Origin: Geosiphon pyriformis uo1
Lineage: Eukaryota > Fungi > Glomeromycota
DNA length: 64,000 bases
Direction: 5' to 3'
NCBI GenBank assembly: GCA_016748015.1
Contig: JAAOMT010000714.1
Location: 1 to 64,000, forward strand
Positions 13,861 through 27,640 of the stretch are shown piece after piece (the first letter of the stretch is position 1; every line of letters starts with the position of its first letter). Made by a program: the position numbers and the translations under genes. The notes under the pieces are model-generated. The model was not told the DNA's origin. It searched no databases and was given only the letters and a program-made list of their open reading frames with translations.

Positions 13861-16388
13861 GACTGCGAACCTTGATCAGTTGATTGACTTATTGAACCTT
13901 GGCCACCGTAAGAACCTGATGTAGATTGGGAATCTTGATCTGTTGTTCCTTGGCTTCCGGAAGTCGTTAAACCTTGATTAGTTGAACCTTGATCTGTTGT
14001 ACCTTGGCTTCCGGGAGAAGTTGAAGCAGACTGCGAACCTTGATCAGTTGATTGATTTGTTGTGCCTTGGCCACTATAAGGACCTGAACCTTGATCTGTT
14101 GTTCCTTGGCTTCCGGGAGAATTTGAAGCAGACTGCGAACTTTGATCCGTTGATTGACTTGTTGGGCCTTGGCTACTGTAAGGATCTGAACCTTGATCTG
14201 TTGTTCCTTGGCTTCCGGAAGTGGTTGAAGCAGACTGCGAACTTTGATCCGTTGATTGACTTGTTGAACCTTGGCCACTGTAAGGACCTGAACCTTGATC
14301 TGTTGTTCCTTGGATTCCGGGAGAAGTTGAAACAGACTGCGAACCTTGATCCGTTGATTGATTTGTTGTGCCTTGGCCACTGTAAGGACCTGAACCTTGA
14401 TCTGTTGTTCCTTGGCTTCCGGGAGAAGTTGAAATAGACTGCGAACCTTGGCTATTGTAAAAACCTGATGAGGATTGGGAACCTTGACCTGTTGTTCCTT
14501 GGCTTCCGGGAGAAGTTGAAGCAGACTGCGAACCTTGATTCGTTGATTGATTTTTTGTGCCTTGGCCACTATAAGGACCTGAACCTTGATTTGTTGTTCC
14601 TTGGCTTCCGGGAGAAGTTGAAACAGACTGCGAACTTTGATCCGTTGATTGACTTGTTGAACCTTGGCTACTGTAAGGACCTGATGGGGATTGGAAATAT
14701 TGACCTGTTGGACCTTGGCTAAAGTAAAAACCTGATGGGGATTGGAAACCTTGACCTGTTGGACCTTGGCTAATGTAAAAACCTGATGGGAATTGGAAAC
14801 CTTGTCCTGTTGAACCTTGGCTAAAGTAAAAACTTGATGAGGATTGGGAACCTTGACCTGTTGTTCCTTGGCTTCCGGGAGAAGTTGAAACAGACTGTGA
14901 ACCTTGATCCGTTGATTGATTTGTAATGCCTTGGCCACTATAAGGACTTGAACCTTGATCTGTTGTTCCTTGGCTTCCGGAAGTGGTTGAAGCAGACTGC
15001 GAACTTTGATCCGTTGATTGACTTGTTGGACCTTGGCTACTGTAAGGACCTGAACCTTGATCTGTTGTTCCTTGGCTTCCGGGAGAATTTGAAGCAGACT
15101 GCAAACTTTGATCCGTTGATTGACTTGTTGGGCCTTGGCTACTGTAAGGACCTGAACCTTGATCTGTTGTTCCTTGGCTTCCGGAAGTGGTTGAAGCAGA
15201 CTGCGAACTTTGATCCGTTGATTGACTTGTTGGACCTTGGCTACTGTAAGGACCTGAACCTTGATCTGTTGTTCCTTGGATTTCGGGAGAAGTTGAAACA
15301 GACTGCGAACTTTGATCCGTTGATTGATTTGTTGTGCCTTGGCCACTATAAGGACCTGAACCTTGATCTGTTGCTCCTTGGCTTCCGGGAGAAGTTGAAG
15401 CAGGCTGCGAACTTTGATCCGTTGATTGACTTGTTGGGCCTTGAGTTGAAGCAGGCTGCGAACTTTGATCCGTTGATTGACTTGTTGGGCCTTGAGTTGA
15501 AGCAGGCTGCGAACTTTGATCCGTTGATTGACTTGTTGGGCCTTGAGTTGAAGCAGGCTGCGAACTTTGATCCGTTGATTGACTTGTTGGGCCTTGAGTT
15601 GAAGCAGGCTGCGAACTTTGATCCGTTGATTGACTTGTTGGGCCTTGAGTTGAAGCAGGCTGCGAACTTTGATCCGTTGATTGACTTGTTGGGCCTTGGC
15701 TACTGTAAAGACCTGAACCTTGATCCGTTGTTCCTTGGCTTCCGGAAGTGGTTGAATCTTGATTAGTTGTTCCTTGACTATTGGCAGAATCTGTTGTGGA
15801 TTGCGAACTTTGGCCTGTTGCATCTTGGCCTGTTGCACCTTGGCCTGTTGCACCTTGGCTTTCGAAAGAAGCTGATGATTGAACTGTTGTACCTTGACCA
15901 TCAGAAGAACCTGAGGATTGATTCGTAATTTTTTTGCTGTCAGATGAGCTAGAAGAAGATGCTGGATTTTGAACTTTTCCGTTGATAATTATTGGGCCAC
16001 TTGGGATATCTCGAGATTTTAAAGATGTATTTCTTCGCCTTGAGAATTTGTGAAAAAAGATAGGTTTATTTCAGTCGCTTTTGTAATTTATTATTAAAAT
16101 ATCAGTTTTGATGGATAGTAATTCTAACAGATAATAGGCTTTGTCTTCCTCAATTTGTCCATCAAGGAAACGATATTCTAACACACAATATCAAAGTTGT
16201 ACGAGATTCCAATTTTATGAATCCAGGATAATTTTAACCCATTCCTAAATTATTCAAAAACCCAAGTACCTTGATAGTCTTTTTACGGAACCTTTAATCG
16301 CATCAGTATGTTCAAAGAACAACGATAAGATCAAAAAAATTGCGGTTAAAAGGAGCACAAAAGAGCCGGTCATCATAAATTTCGCCAT
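13854..16388 (-). CDS. Secreted Ser/Gln/Gly/Thr-rich tandem-repeat (mucin/sericin-like) protein, ~767 aa; exons 16388..16270 and 16038..13854
   Basis: Signal-peptide-like MAKFMMTGSFVLLLTAIFLILSLFFEHTDA. A phase-2 GTACTT...CTCAAG intron joins it to a frame continuous with ORF 13854..15104. Repeat units of 32, 17 and 16 aa. Confidence 0.75.
13860..15860. repeat. Coding minisatellite array (96-, 51- and 48-bp units)
   Basis: About six identical 51-bp units at ~15392-15697, many 96-bp units, and 48-bp aromatic variants at ~14670-14860; all unit lengths are multiples of 3. Confidence 0.95.
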
Positions 16389-17199
16389 ATTTTACTGACA
16401 CTCGTGTAAATAATTGTCTCAACAAAGCAAAAAGAAAAATTGCAAAGCGACGCGTCGAAATGTACCAAGCTTCGTAACCATTTTATATGGAGAAAAATGC
16501 AAATCATTTCTATTTATACAAATTTTAATTTTAATTTTTCGAGGAACTCATAAAAATGAAAGCATTTCGGCCAACGCTAATATAAAACTAGATACTGCCA
16601 AGATACTTGTAAACACCATTCAGGAATTTGTTTTGAAAATGATATATTAATTTAACCCATTTTCATAGGGTACAGTTGCCTTTCTTCACAAGAGTGGTTT
16701 AGTATAAAAAGAATGATTCCTCATAAATTGAAATAATCTATTTTCTAAGCCACGTAGTTTATCACATATAAACATTTCAAAACGCAAACAAAATAACAGT
16801 TTTGATTTAGTCCCTTTTCATTGTTACCCGATCTTCGAAATTATTATGCATAAACGGTTGAAAATTTTTTCGAAAGAATCTCATTGATGATCAATTCCTA
16901 ATATGTATCAGTATAGAATGCTTTGCCTGATTTCTATAGCTAAAAAAAAAAAATATTGTTTGTATTTTAAGATAAACTTATTTTTTCCAAAAAGATTTGT
17001 TAGATAGATTCAAAAAAGGAAAATATTCTTGGGCTTATTTTCAAAAAAGAGATCATTTAGCCTACACATGCAACCTATTTTTGAAATTATCTAAATGAAT
17101 AGAGGTCTCCTTTCGAGCAGGATATATTCTCTTTCAGAATTACAACATCTTTATTTCGTTCAAGACGTTTTAAGTGTAGAAGGTTTCCCATTGGGAATG

Positions 17200-18270
<1,071 letters not shown>

Positions 18271-19634
18271 CATCAATAAAGAGCTATTAGGAAACCCTTG
18301 TCAAGAATTGATGAAAAATTTTTTATTTAATCAATAATGAAGCTCAAAATATAAATATTCATTAATTTTTGGCGCTTACCATTACTTTGTTGACAATGAT
18401 AAGTACACATTTAGAATTTTTATAGTTTCTATATGAACTGAAGAATTTTAGCATCAAAAGTATTCTGCAAAACCTGTACATCATAACAATATTATTATGA
18501 TAACAAAAGTTTGAGAAAAAGAAATTCTTAGAAAAATTATGTAACACGTATGGCTGTTCAAATTTAATCTACTATAAATTCTCTAATTCTACGGATGTAT
18601 ATGATTGCTCAGTTGCATATCTAAATTTTTCCGTAAAAGAATATTTGAAGCATCATTGAGGCGGGAAAGTTTTATTCCAAATAGATTGAAATACCAAACT
18701 TTATTTATCATGTACAGTAGAATTTAATTAAAAATTTTGTATTATGACCGATACTATATAAGTTTAATTGAAAATAATATTAAATTGGGGTAATGAGATA
18801 TAAAGTTAAATTTATTTCATAAACTAACCTATTCTAAAACTTTAAAACCTGTCCATTGTTCTCTAACATAATAGAATAAGCTTAACAATAATAATTTTTT
18901 CTTTTAGACCTTAAAAAGGCACGATAAAAGAAACTAGAATTCGCACTTATAATATTGACTCTAATATCTGAAATTCAAAAAGGATCCATTACAATTCCGC
19001 TTTACTTGCTATATATTTTTGTATCTATGCATACAGATTACCAATTTTGACTATATTTTGAACATCCACTTAGATAAAGCCCTTTTTGCTTAAACTTCAG
19101 AGGCATGACACCGAATTTTACATGAAAATTGAGCATTTTATTTAAAATTATATTTTTAGATTTAATAATTTTGTCAAAATATATTACACATAAGAAATTT
19201 AATAAATATTGGGTAGGATTAGTATTAACTCATTTCGTTTTATCGTGGTATCATTTCTTGGAATGATACTTCTTTTCGGCTATACTTACATGACTTCTGC
19301 CAAACCCTTTCTCTCAAGATATACCATTATATTGGTAGTGCAAATAAACAGCAGAAATTTAAACAATTTGTGAATTTGTAGATTAGTGAAAATTCATTAT
19401 GTGTTAGGTGTTACAATGGAATATTCCTCTCCCGCCAAAGTTGATGCAGGGAGAAACATCTCACATAATCCATCGTTTCCAATCATGAATTAGATTCAGA
19501 AACTTAAACTTTTTTTTATTAATTACTCATATACTAGAATTTTCCCCTTAAAATTTAAATTCCAATATATTTGCAAAGTAAAATCACTAAATCTTAAGAT
19601 TTTTCGATTCCATATTTTCCTTTTTTATTTTAGT

Positions 19635-20250
19635 TAACTACATATTTTCCTCGGTATATGAGGCATAATAAAAGTTCCATATTCCTCTGAAAAAATAGTC
19701 TATAGTAATGAGGTCGGTATCCACAGTACTTAAAGTAAATAATAAGTAACTTTCTTTTAAAGATCGTGCACGAACTTTTATATCATTTTATTTACAGCTG
19801 TAAGTTAGGTATTATTTACTATATTTACAACTTAATATTTGAAGTTTTGATATTTTATACATAAAATCTAGAAATGGGCAAAATTTATTGATTATGGGGT
19901 TTCAAGAAGAAAATCATATTAATATTGGTAGGCTTAGTATATTTGTTCGAATTTTCTGATTAATTTTTTTTTTACATTTCTATCATTGAAATTATTTCAT
20001 CATAAGACGAATAAAAAGGGATGAAAAAAAGATGATGATTAAAGAATGAGTACTGTTGTCAAAATGGTCAATGTCGGATAAGAGCTATTCGAGGATGAGC
20101 TGGTCATTCCTACTAGTTAATTTGACATATCATGAATAAGATGTAGAATACCATCAATTTGCTTTTGATAAATAGGGTCATTCTCTTTCATGATAATGAA
20201 TAGAAGAATTTTATTGAGAGTTCTTGATCCAACAGTAATTACAGTATGAT
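19635..20250 (+). repeat. ~600-bp dispersed duplication (partner 56205-56865)
   Basis: Shared blocks such as TATAGTAATGAGGTCGGT-TCCACAGTACTTAAAGTAAATAATAAGTAA and AAGAGCTATTC-AGGATGAGCT. Confidence 0.85.
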
Positions 20251-21554
20251 TGAACTACATTTGTATTTGATTCCAAAGAAAAATTAAACATAAAATCTAA
20301 TTGAAATTCATCAAAAGATCGGCAAAAAATGATTTGATTAGGATAAACGACGGCGTTGGTTTGATAATAATTATAAAAATAGGGATCCCAATCGAGAATA
20401 CCGGGAGAAATTTGTGGGCTAATACACGCATTTGTAGAATTAGAATTTAACGAAATTTTCATCCTAGTTTTATCCTCATAAAAAGTCATGTAATTTGAAT
20501 TTTTATGATTCTTGTTATCAAGGTAAGAAAGTTACCTTCGAAATTTTTGTTACTTTAGATTTTAGTAAGAGATTGAATTTGTTCGTTCGTCAAAGTTGAG
20601 GATCATCATTCTTACGAAGTGATTTAGCAAGGCGATCCTTTTTTGAATCAAGATTTTCAGGGATCATTATAAATTTTTATTATTGAATAAATCTTAAAGA
20701 TTTATACTTTTTGGTTAGATAGAAAATTTATAATGTTATTTCTGTAGAATTGAAATGAATTTTCTGCAAAATTGAAGTATAAATCCATGAAAAATGTATC
20801 ATCAAGGACTTTTTTACCTGAACTTTAAGGAATTAATTGGTGTACATACATCGCCTTCGAGGGGTTAAAAAAATTCAGGCTAAAAGTATTTTTTTATCTT
20901 TAGAACTAGTTTTGTCCTTTCTCTTGCCTTATGTGTAGTTGACACAAAATTCTCAAGAGTTCTAGATCTACTGTTTGGAATTTTTCTTATATGATAAACA
21001 TTTTTGATAATTAATTACACAAAATAACTTATTATCATATGAACTACCAATAGTTATTATAAACAAGAAAATAATTATTAAGTAATATTTTTCATATGCA
21101 TTATTAAAAAATTAAAAGCAATTGATTTTATTACTAAAAAATTTAATATGTCATTTTTTTTTATTTTCATTATTGATAATTGACTTGTACTACTAAAAAT
21201 TTAATTTAATAAATTATTAAAGGAATATATTTTAAGCAAACATGTAGTTTGTTTCATTACAAAATAATTGTGTTGATAAAATATAGTAATCTATATAAGA
21301 CCATTGCTTAGAAATTTCAACTAAAAAAGGAATAAGCTTTTTCTTATAAAAACTATAAAAAGTCAGATAGATGAGAACTCCCAAAATTAATTGAAACCAA
21401 TAATGACCTGTTTAAAATTTTAAAAAAGAATTATAAAAGCAAAAAACTATTCATTAGGCAAAAAAAATTTGGATATAAAAAATTGCCAAAAAAGAAGTTT
21501 ATGAAACAAGAAAAATTGAAGAACCATCTATCAGCTTTTTGATTATGAAAATCT

Positions 21555-21640
21555 AGATGCTTTTCCCACCACAACTTCAGGCATCCGATATTATCTACAA
21601 GAAAAGGAATAGCCAAAAATTTGTAAAACCTCCGGAATGA
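21555..21640 (+). pseudogene. Possible relic of a MATA-HMG-type gene (pre-HMG motif only)
   Basis: MLFPPQLQASDIIYKKRNSQKFVKPP* resembles the FPP....D......PP motif that precedes AM-fungal HMG boxes; the box itself is not seen. Confidence 0.3.
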
Positions 21641-24059
21641 TAGAGATTTCAATGGTGATTGGTTTTGTTTGGAAAAATGAACCATCTCATATTTGGAAGA
21701 TGGTATGATGATTTCCCACAAGAGGCTGATAATTGAATGGATGAAATCTATCTCATCATCTAACAAGCAAAATTGGATTCAATGAAACAGCAATTATCAA
21801 TTTTAAAATGTTAATCAAAAAAAAGATTAAACTCCCCACCACTCGTTCACATTCTTCAGGATTTAATACTTGTAGAGAGCAATTTAATTTTCAAACTCGG
21901 CTAAAACAGAATGTGGAGACAAGCTATGAAGAACCTCCCCAATTCCAAACTTTGAAAAAAGAATTATCTTTATCTTTTAAAAGCCAATAGAAAGTAGGAA
22001 GATGTATTCATTCACCCCACAAACCAATCCTGATCAGAACTCAAAGGATCTTTCATCCATTCTATCAGTCAATATAAGCAAGAAATTACCAATTTTTTGA
22101 ATCAAGTAGATCTTTGCAAAAAAGCAAATAAAATAACAGAAAGGTAATAATCTAATTTAATAAAGTCACAAAAACTTTAAAATGTACACATCCCCCAAAA
22201 TTGCATTGAGAATATTTAATTTTCAACTATGGATTTATCAAATTTACCAATTAATCAATAGTATATATATCTCTTAAACCTTTAATCGTTCCTATTACCT
22301 ATAGCTATCAATGTGCAAAAAACTTCTTAAGCCAAATTTAAAACCTTTCACCTGATTATTTTGAGGGCAAACAAAAGCATTTCAAAGATATCATGCAAAA
22401 ATCCAAATTTGGATGAATTGCCTAATCCAAGAAGTAAAGAGATATATGTTTCCAAAAGTTATTAATGCTAAATGTGTTTGCTTGTCATTTTCAACAAGAT
22501 ATTTAAATAACAACAGGCAAAATCAAACTCAATTTTTTTTTTTAAAACGTGAAAGATGTTTCAAGTGTTTGGCATGTAAAAATTCTAAATAAAGTGATAT
22601 AATGGTTAAAGAGTTTTAATATAAAATTGTTTGAAATCATGTCGAAAGCTAGACTTTTTACTATAAAAAAAGTCAATAGCTAAAAATTTTATCGTATTAG
22701 TATATACAATTTTTAATGAGCCCACCAAGTTGTATAAAATAAAATATTCTTTTTTCAAATTCTAATATTTGAAAAGTAACAAGCCCAAGATATGAAGTAA
22801 TTTGAAAAAATATTAAAAATTCATTGTTTATTTCATTATTAATAAATGAACAGTATTATGGCACATTCCTAGTTACAGGTTTCACCAACAACCATCTGAT
22901 TCAAAATGCGACTTACCTGACTCAGGAAGTGCCAAATTAGACTCACCTGATCATATAATATTCATTTCAGCCCGTCTTTTTTGGCACATTGATTTTCAGC
23001 CAAAAGAGATCAATGTTTGAATTCTCTGTGACCAGAAACTAGATTATTCATGAAAGGGTACGATAATAGCTTTCAAGATATCTTAAATTAAATTTCGAAC
23101 CTCGGGAGCAAAGAAATAAAATCAAATTGCAAGAAAGAGAAATCAAAAATTCAAGTCTTGGAATGCATAATTCAAAAAATATTTTTGAAATATGGTTGAT
23201 TTCCTATTTGCATTCTATACATTTTTGTTATTCAATCTTTATAGCTAATACATTTCTTTGAAAATTCATAGTATTTTTTATTACATCAAGTTTTTTTTTG
23301 AATATTATTATTACTCCTAGAATAAATAAAAGATTTTATTAAAAAAAAGGCTTATGCTGGTGTTTCATTATATATTAAAATAATAAACTCTGTCAAGTAT
23401 TTTATCTTTTCAAGTAAAATTTTCTTTTCTTTCTATATATAAAATTTTTATTCACTTTTAAATGGCAATGAAACTCTTACGAAAAGCCTTAAATTTAAAT
23501 TTATTCAAGGTTTTGGATATATATTTATTAAAATTATTTTTGATAAAATACATTTTAAGCTATTTCAATTTTCGAAATTTTTATTGCAGTTTATGGAATT
23601 TACTAAAATTTTTCAAATGTCAATAAGGCTAATGAATTATGCAATATAATATAGGAAAGCTTTGCTACTTAATTTCCTAACAAATGAAGTAGTCTCCTCT
23701 TTTTCTTCTCTAAGCCCTAATAATAACATGCCAAGTATGTGTAATATATAATTTAGATAAAATATTCAAAATAAATTCATGAAGTCATAGTTTATTTTAA
23801 AAATTTATAAAGTCATAGCTTATTTTAGATATTCATAAAGTGAAATTAAATATTCGAAAAACATGTTAAAATTTGCCGAAATTCTTGCAAAAATTGCGTA
23901 AAAAAACAAGAAACAGAACAGAACAAATATGAAAGAACAGAACAGAACAGAACAAATATGACGGAACATAAAAAATTACAAAATATGATTATTTATTCAA
24001 ACCTTAAAATTCAAAAAGTATCTATAAATCAAAAATATGTTATTTAAAGGATAGAAAAT

Positions 24060-25456
24060 CTAAATTGACTTTTCAGTTAACTTTAAATTACCTGGCTTAT
24101 TTTTATCATAGTACTCTTTAACTTTTGAAAAAAATAATGGTTGACTATTATAAATAGCTCGAGTATGAACTTTCGGCTTTTCAATTAACTTGTTTCCAGC
24201 TTCAGAAAATTGTTGGGAAATAAGTGTCGGTAAAGGATTATCACAAATATCGGTAATCCATTGACTAAAAGTTTCATTTAGCTGAAAGGCAGTTGGTCTT
24301 TTCTTTGGATCTTTATCCCAGGCTTTTTGCATTACTTCCGAGTATGCTTGTGGAGTATTCTCTAAGATTACGGGACGTTTGCCCAGACAGATCTCCAATG
24401 CTAAGTGACCGTCATGTGCGACATTTGCAAAAGGCCGCTGTCCAGCAGAAATAGCCCACATAAGGATTCCAAAACTATATATATCCGCTTCCTTAGAGTA
24501 AGGGTCCCCCTTTAACACTTCTGGAGCTACATAGGGGAGAACACCGTAATGAGTTGTAAGAGTGGAATTTGCTGGTCCCCAAATGCCTACGTCAGATATT
24601 CTGGCATCAATAGAAATTGCCTCGTCCTCAATCATGAGATTTCCGCCATGAATGTTACCATGATAAAGATCAAAATTATGAATGTTTTCCAGACCAGAAA
24701 TTACACCCCAAAGCAAATCAACTTTATCTCTCCAACTAATGTCCCCAAGAATATGATCCAAATAATTATCTAAGCTACCGTTTTCATAGAATCTCATTAC
24801 AAACATATAACAGCCTGTATCATCCTTTGTTACACCAAAAGTATCTGTTAAACTCCCAGACTGAATGCAATGATGATAAATTCGAATCTATAAAATAAAA
24901 AATTAATTAATTAATTTTGAATGGCACTTAATATATTTTACTCTAAAAATTATTTAATTACTTTTTCTAAAAATTCCTGACTTAATTCTTGGGAATTATC
25001 CAATCGTTTGAGAGCAACTTTTAATGGTCCGCTCCTAATCCATTCTTGAGCTATCTCATCCCAATCCCATCGAGGCCCGTCCAGCCATATCGCAGAATAG
25101 ACAGCGCTCCAAGTACCTTTTCCGTAAAATTCAATTAGCTCAAATTGATTGAAAGGAATCCACTCTAAATAATCAGCACTTTGATTCGCCTCCATTTGAG
25201 TTAATTGAATAATCTCGTCTAATATAGTGTTTTCGCTAGTCCAAGTTGAAAATTTTTCGGCAAAGTATGTTGTTTCGCATTTTTTACACCAAGCGAAATT
25301 AGTTCTAGGCTGATTACATTCAAAACAATTTTGGTGTATAATTTTTTGATTATCAAAATGTAATTTCGTATCCCTCTCAAGGTCAGGATCAAATCTTGTC
25401 TCGTTTAAAGATATATTTCCGGATTCAAAAAATTGGCTTATGTAATTATTATTCAT
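24060..25456 (-). CDS. TKL-type protein kinase-like protein (probable pseudokinase), ~440 aa; exons 25456..24962 and 24887..24060
   Basis: N-terminal CFEC..WCKKC..WTSEN..LEWIPF typical of AM-fungal kinases; GKGTWSAVY, VALK, YHGNIHGGN, DVG, YVAPE, DIYSFG; phase-0 GTAATT...TATAG intron joins the two ORFs in frame. Confidence 0.92.
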
Positions 25457-25829
25457 ATTGCATTTTCATTTACATGTAAATACAATTATTGGAGGGATTT
25501 TGCAGATTAAGCTTTAATAATTTGTACTTTTAAAATGAAAAGAAAATATCCGATCTTTGAATCATAAAAAAGATAATTATACAAATTTGCTGAGGCGCAT
25601 TCATAACATTCTTTGTTGACCTTGATACACGACTTGTGTATCTATTTTTGACTCCTGATAGACACGTGAAAAATATTTGGCTGTTGTTGTTTAGATTAGC
25701 CTCCTTTTAAACTCATGATTGTACATGCTTTTTTCTGTTCCCACGCTGCTTGTTATTATTCCTGTCTTTCTTGTTACTAAAACTAAACTCATTACTATAC
25801 CATGTCTTTTTTTCTGTTATTTTTACTCA

Positions 25830-27640
25830 AGATGCTCCTATTATCATGTTGAACTCCCGTGAGCACTATTTCAATGTCACCAAACCATTTGAACTCTCCA
25901 TTGAAAAATTTAACAATGATTGGATGCTTGTCAACAACTTTTGGATCAGATTCAATAGAAATGAACGGTGATGAATAGAAAACATATGTCTGTCAGCTCT
26001 CCAAACCTCAGAAATCAAGTGGGCATAAAAATAATATTCCTTCTGAAAATCTTTGCATAATTTAGAAGTGGCCTTCTATCGATTGCAAGGCTAGAATAAG
26101 AATAACTTGGTTTGCTATGACAATGAAAATTTGAATTGAGAGAGTAAAAGACATTTTCAATCATAATTATCCCCTTGATGAATGTGACATGCGAAAATGG
26201 TCAAAATTTGTTAAGAATATTGTTGCCAAAGAAGCATTCAAAGATTATAAGCCACAAATAATTGCCAATGTTGTCTGAAAAGAAATCGAATGATCATATG
26301 AAAACTTGGGTGTTAAGTATCTAAAAACTAAAGAAGTCTTTAACATCAAACACAAACTTTTAAGTTTAATGAATTCTCATCTTATTGGTGAAGTTAATCT
26401 AGAGGCTGATATTCTCAGTGCCAATAAGTTTTTAGCTGAAAGAAACTATAGGGTAGAACAATTTATTATTCGAAAACTTGTCAAGGTTTTTTTTGTGACT
26501 TTAGAACAATTTGTAAATTTGGTATGTTATGGATGGCTAACTCTGATCGATTCTATTCACAATACCAATAAACATAATTGGCGCTTGTTTACTATATATA
26601 TTCGTGATGGCTGTGGGTGTTGGAATGTTGGTGGACATTTTTTCATCAATAAGAATAACAGTGAGGCAGTTACAGCAGGATTAAAGGCCATTCGAACATT
26701 TGCTCCCCATTAGACTCCATGATACATGCTTCTTGATCAAAGTAGTGTCAAAGCAAACAGTATTACAGCTACTTTTCCTGGTCTTTATAGAGGAGAGCAA
26801 AAGTGTGATGTTATTCTTTGTACGATGTATGTTATTCGAACATGAATTAGAAACATTTATCATAGCCTAACTCTTGATAAGATGATACAAGCAATACACA
26901 AAACAAAACAAATTGGCTGTATCGATACTATTCAAGGTGCTATAACTAACTGTTTGGTCCAAGTGAATACAAAGTATATTTCAAAAAATTACTTAAACAA
27001 CTCCAACAAATAGACACTTTGGGCTTGACAACATTTGCCCCTCTTTTTTCAAGTAACTACACAAACCCTCTTGAGTCTTATCAAAATGAACTCAAAACGA
27101 AAATTTCTTATATACATAGTCTTATTGGTAAGATTTATTTTGTTGTTTTTTATAACCAATTTTTTGAATTCAGAGTTTTCATTAGATATTACATTTTTTC
27201 AATTGCTTTCATTACATTTTTATTAATATCTTAATTATTTTATTGATTATTACATTTACTGATTGCTATCATTTTTTTTATTGTAGGTAGATGTCATATG
27301 ATTTTGGAAGTTAATGCCCACTGTAAAAGAAGTTGCTCTTAATTTTCGCACCAGAACAATTTCCATTGCCAATTTAAGTCCTGAGATTCTTACTGAAATT
27401 CACAAGTTTCCTTTTCCTGTCCAGAAACTTATTGCAAAAGAGGTGCATGCTGTTTTAAAGAGATTGCAAGAAGGAAAAAAAGTGCCAGAACTTTTATTTA
27501 CAGAATGCAATTGCAAGTTTTTCTGCCAATACATGCTTCCTTGTCGTCATATCTTTCACAAACAACTTTGTGGCAATATTGATATTTTAACATCTGAGGT
27601 CTTAATTTTAGAGTTATATTTTTTGCTCTTTGGGTAAATT
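25830..27640 (+). mobile_element. MULE/Mutator-like transposase relic with SWIM zinc finger (pseudogene)
   Basis: TLIDSIHNTNKHNWRLFTIYIRDGCG (MULE D-x-T-H-x-T-N motif); SWIM CNCKFFCQYMLPCRH; multiple in-frame stops. Confidence 0.8.

Noticed and set aside
13860-15860. CRISPR array, or KEX2-processed repeat peptide precursor
   Set aside because: No unique spacers, eukaryotic context, and the repeats lack KR/RR sites.
13967-15901. 644-aa Q/K/V ORF and the plus-strand Leu/Asp LRR-looking ORFs
   Set aside because: Shadow frames of a 3n tandem array; only the S/Q/G frame connects to a signal-peptide exon.
20211-20489. 92-aa ORF
   Set aside because: Looks like a decayed gene fragment overlapping a duplication; no motif I can assign.
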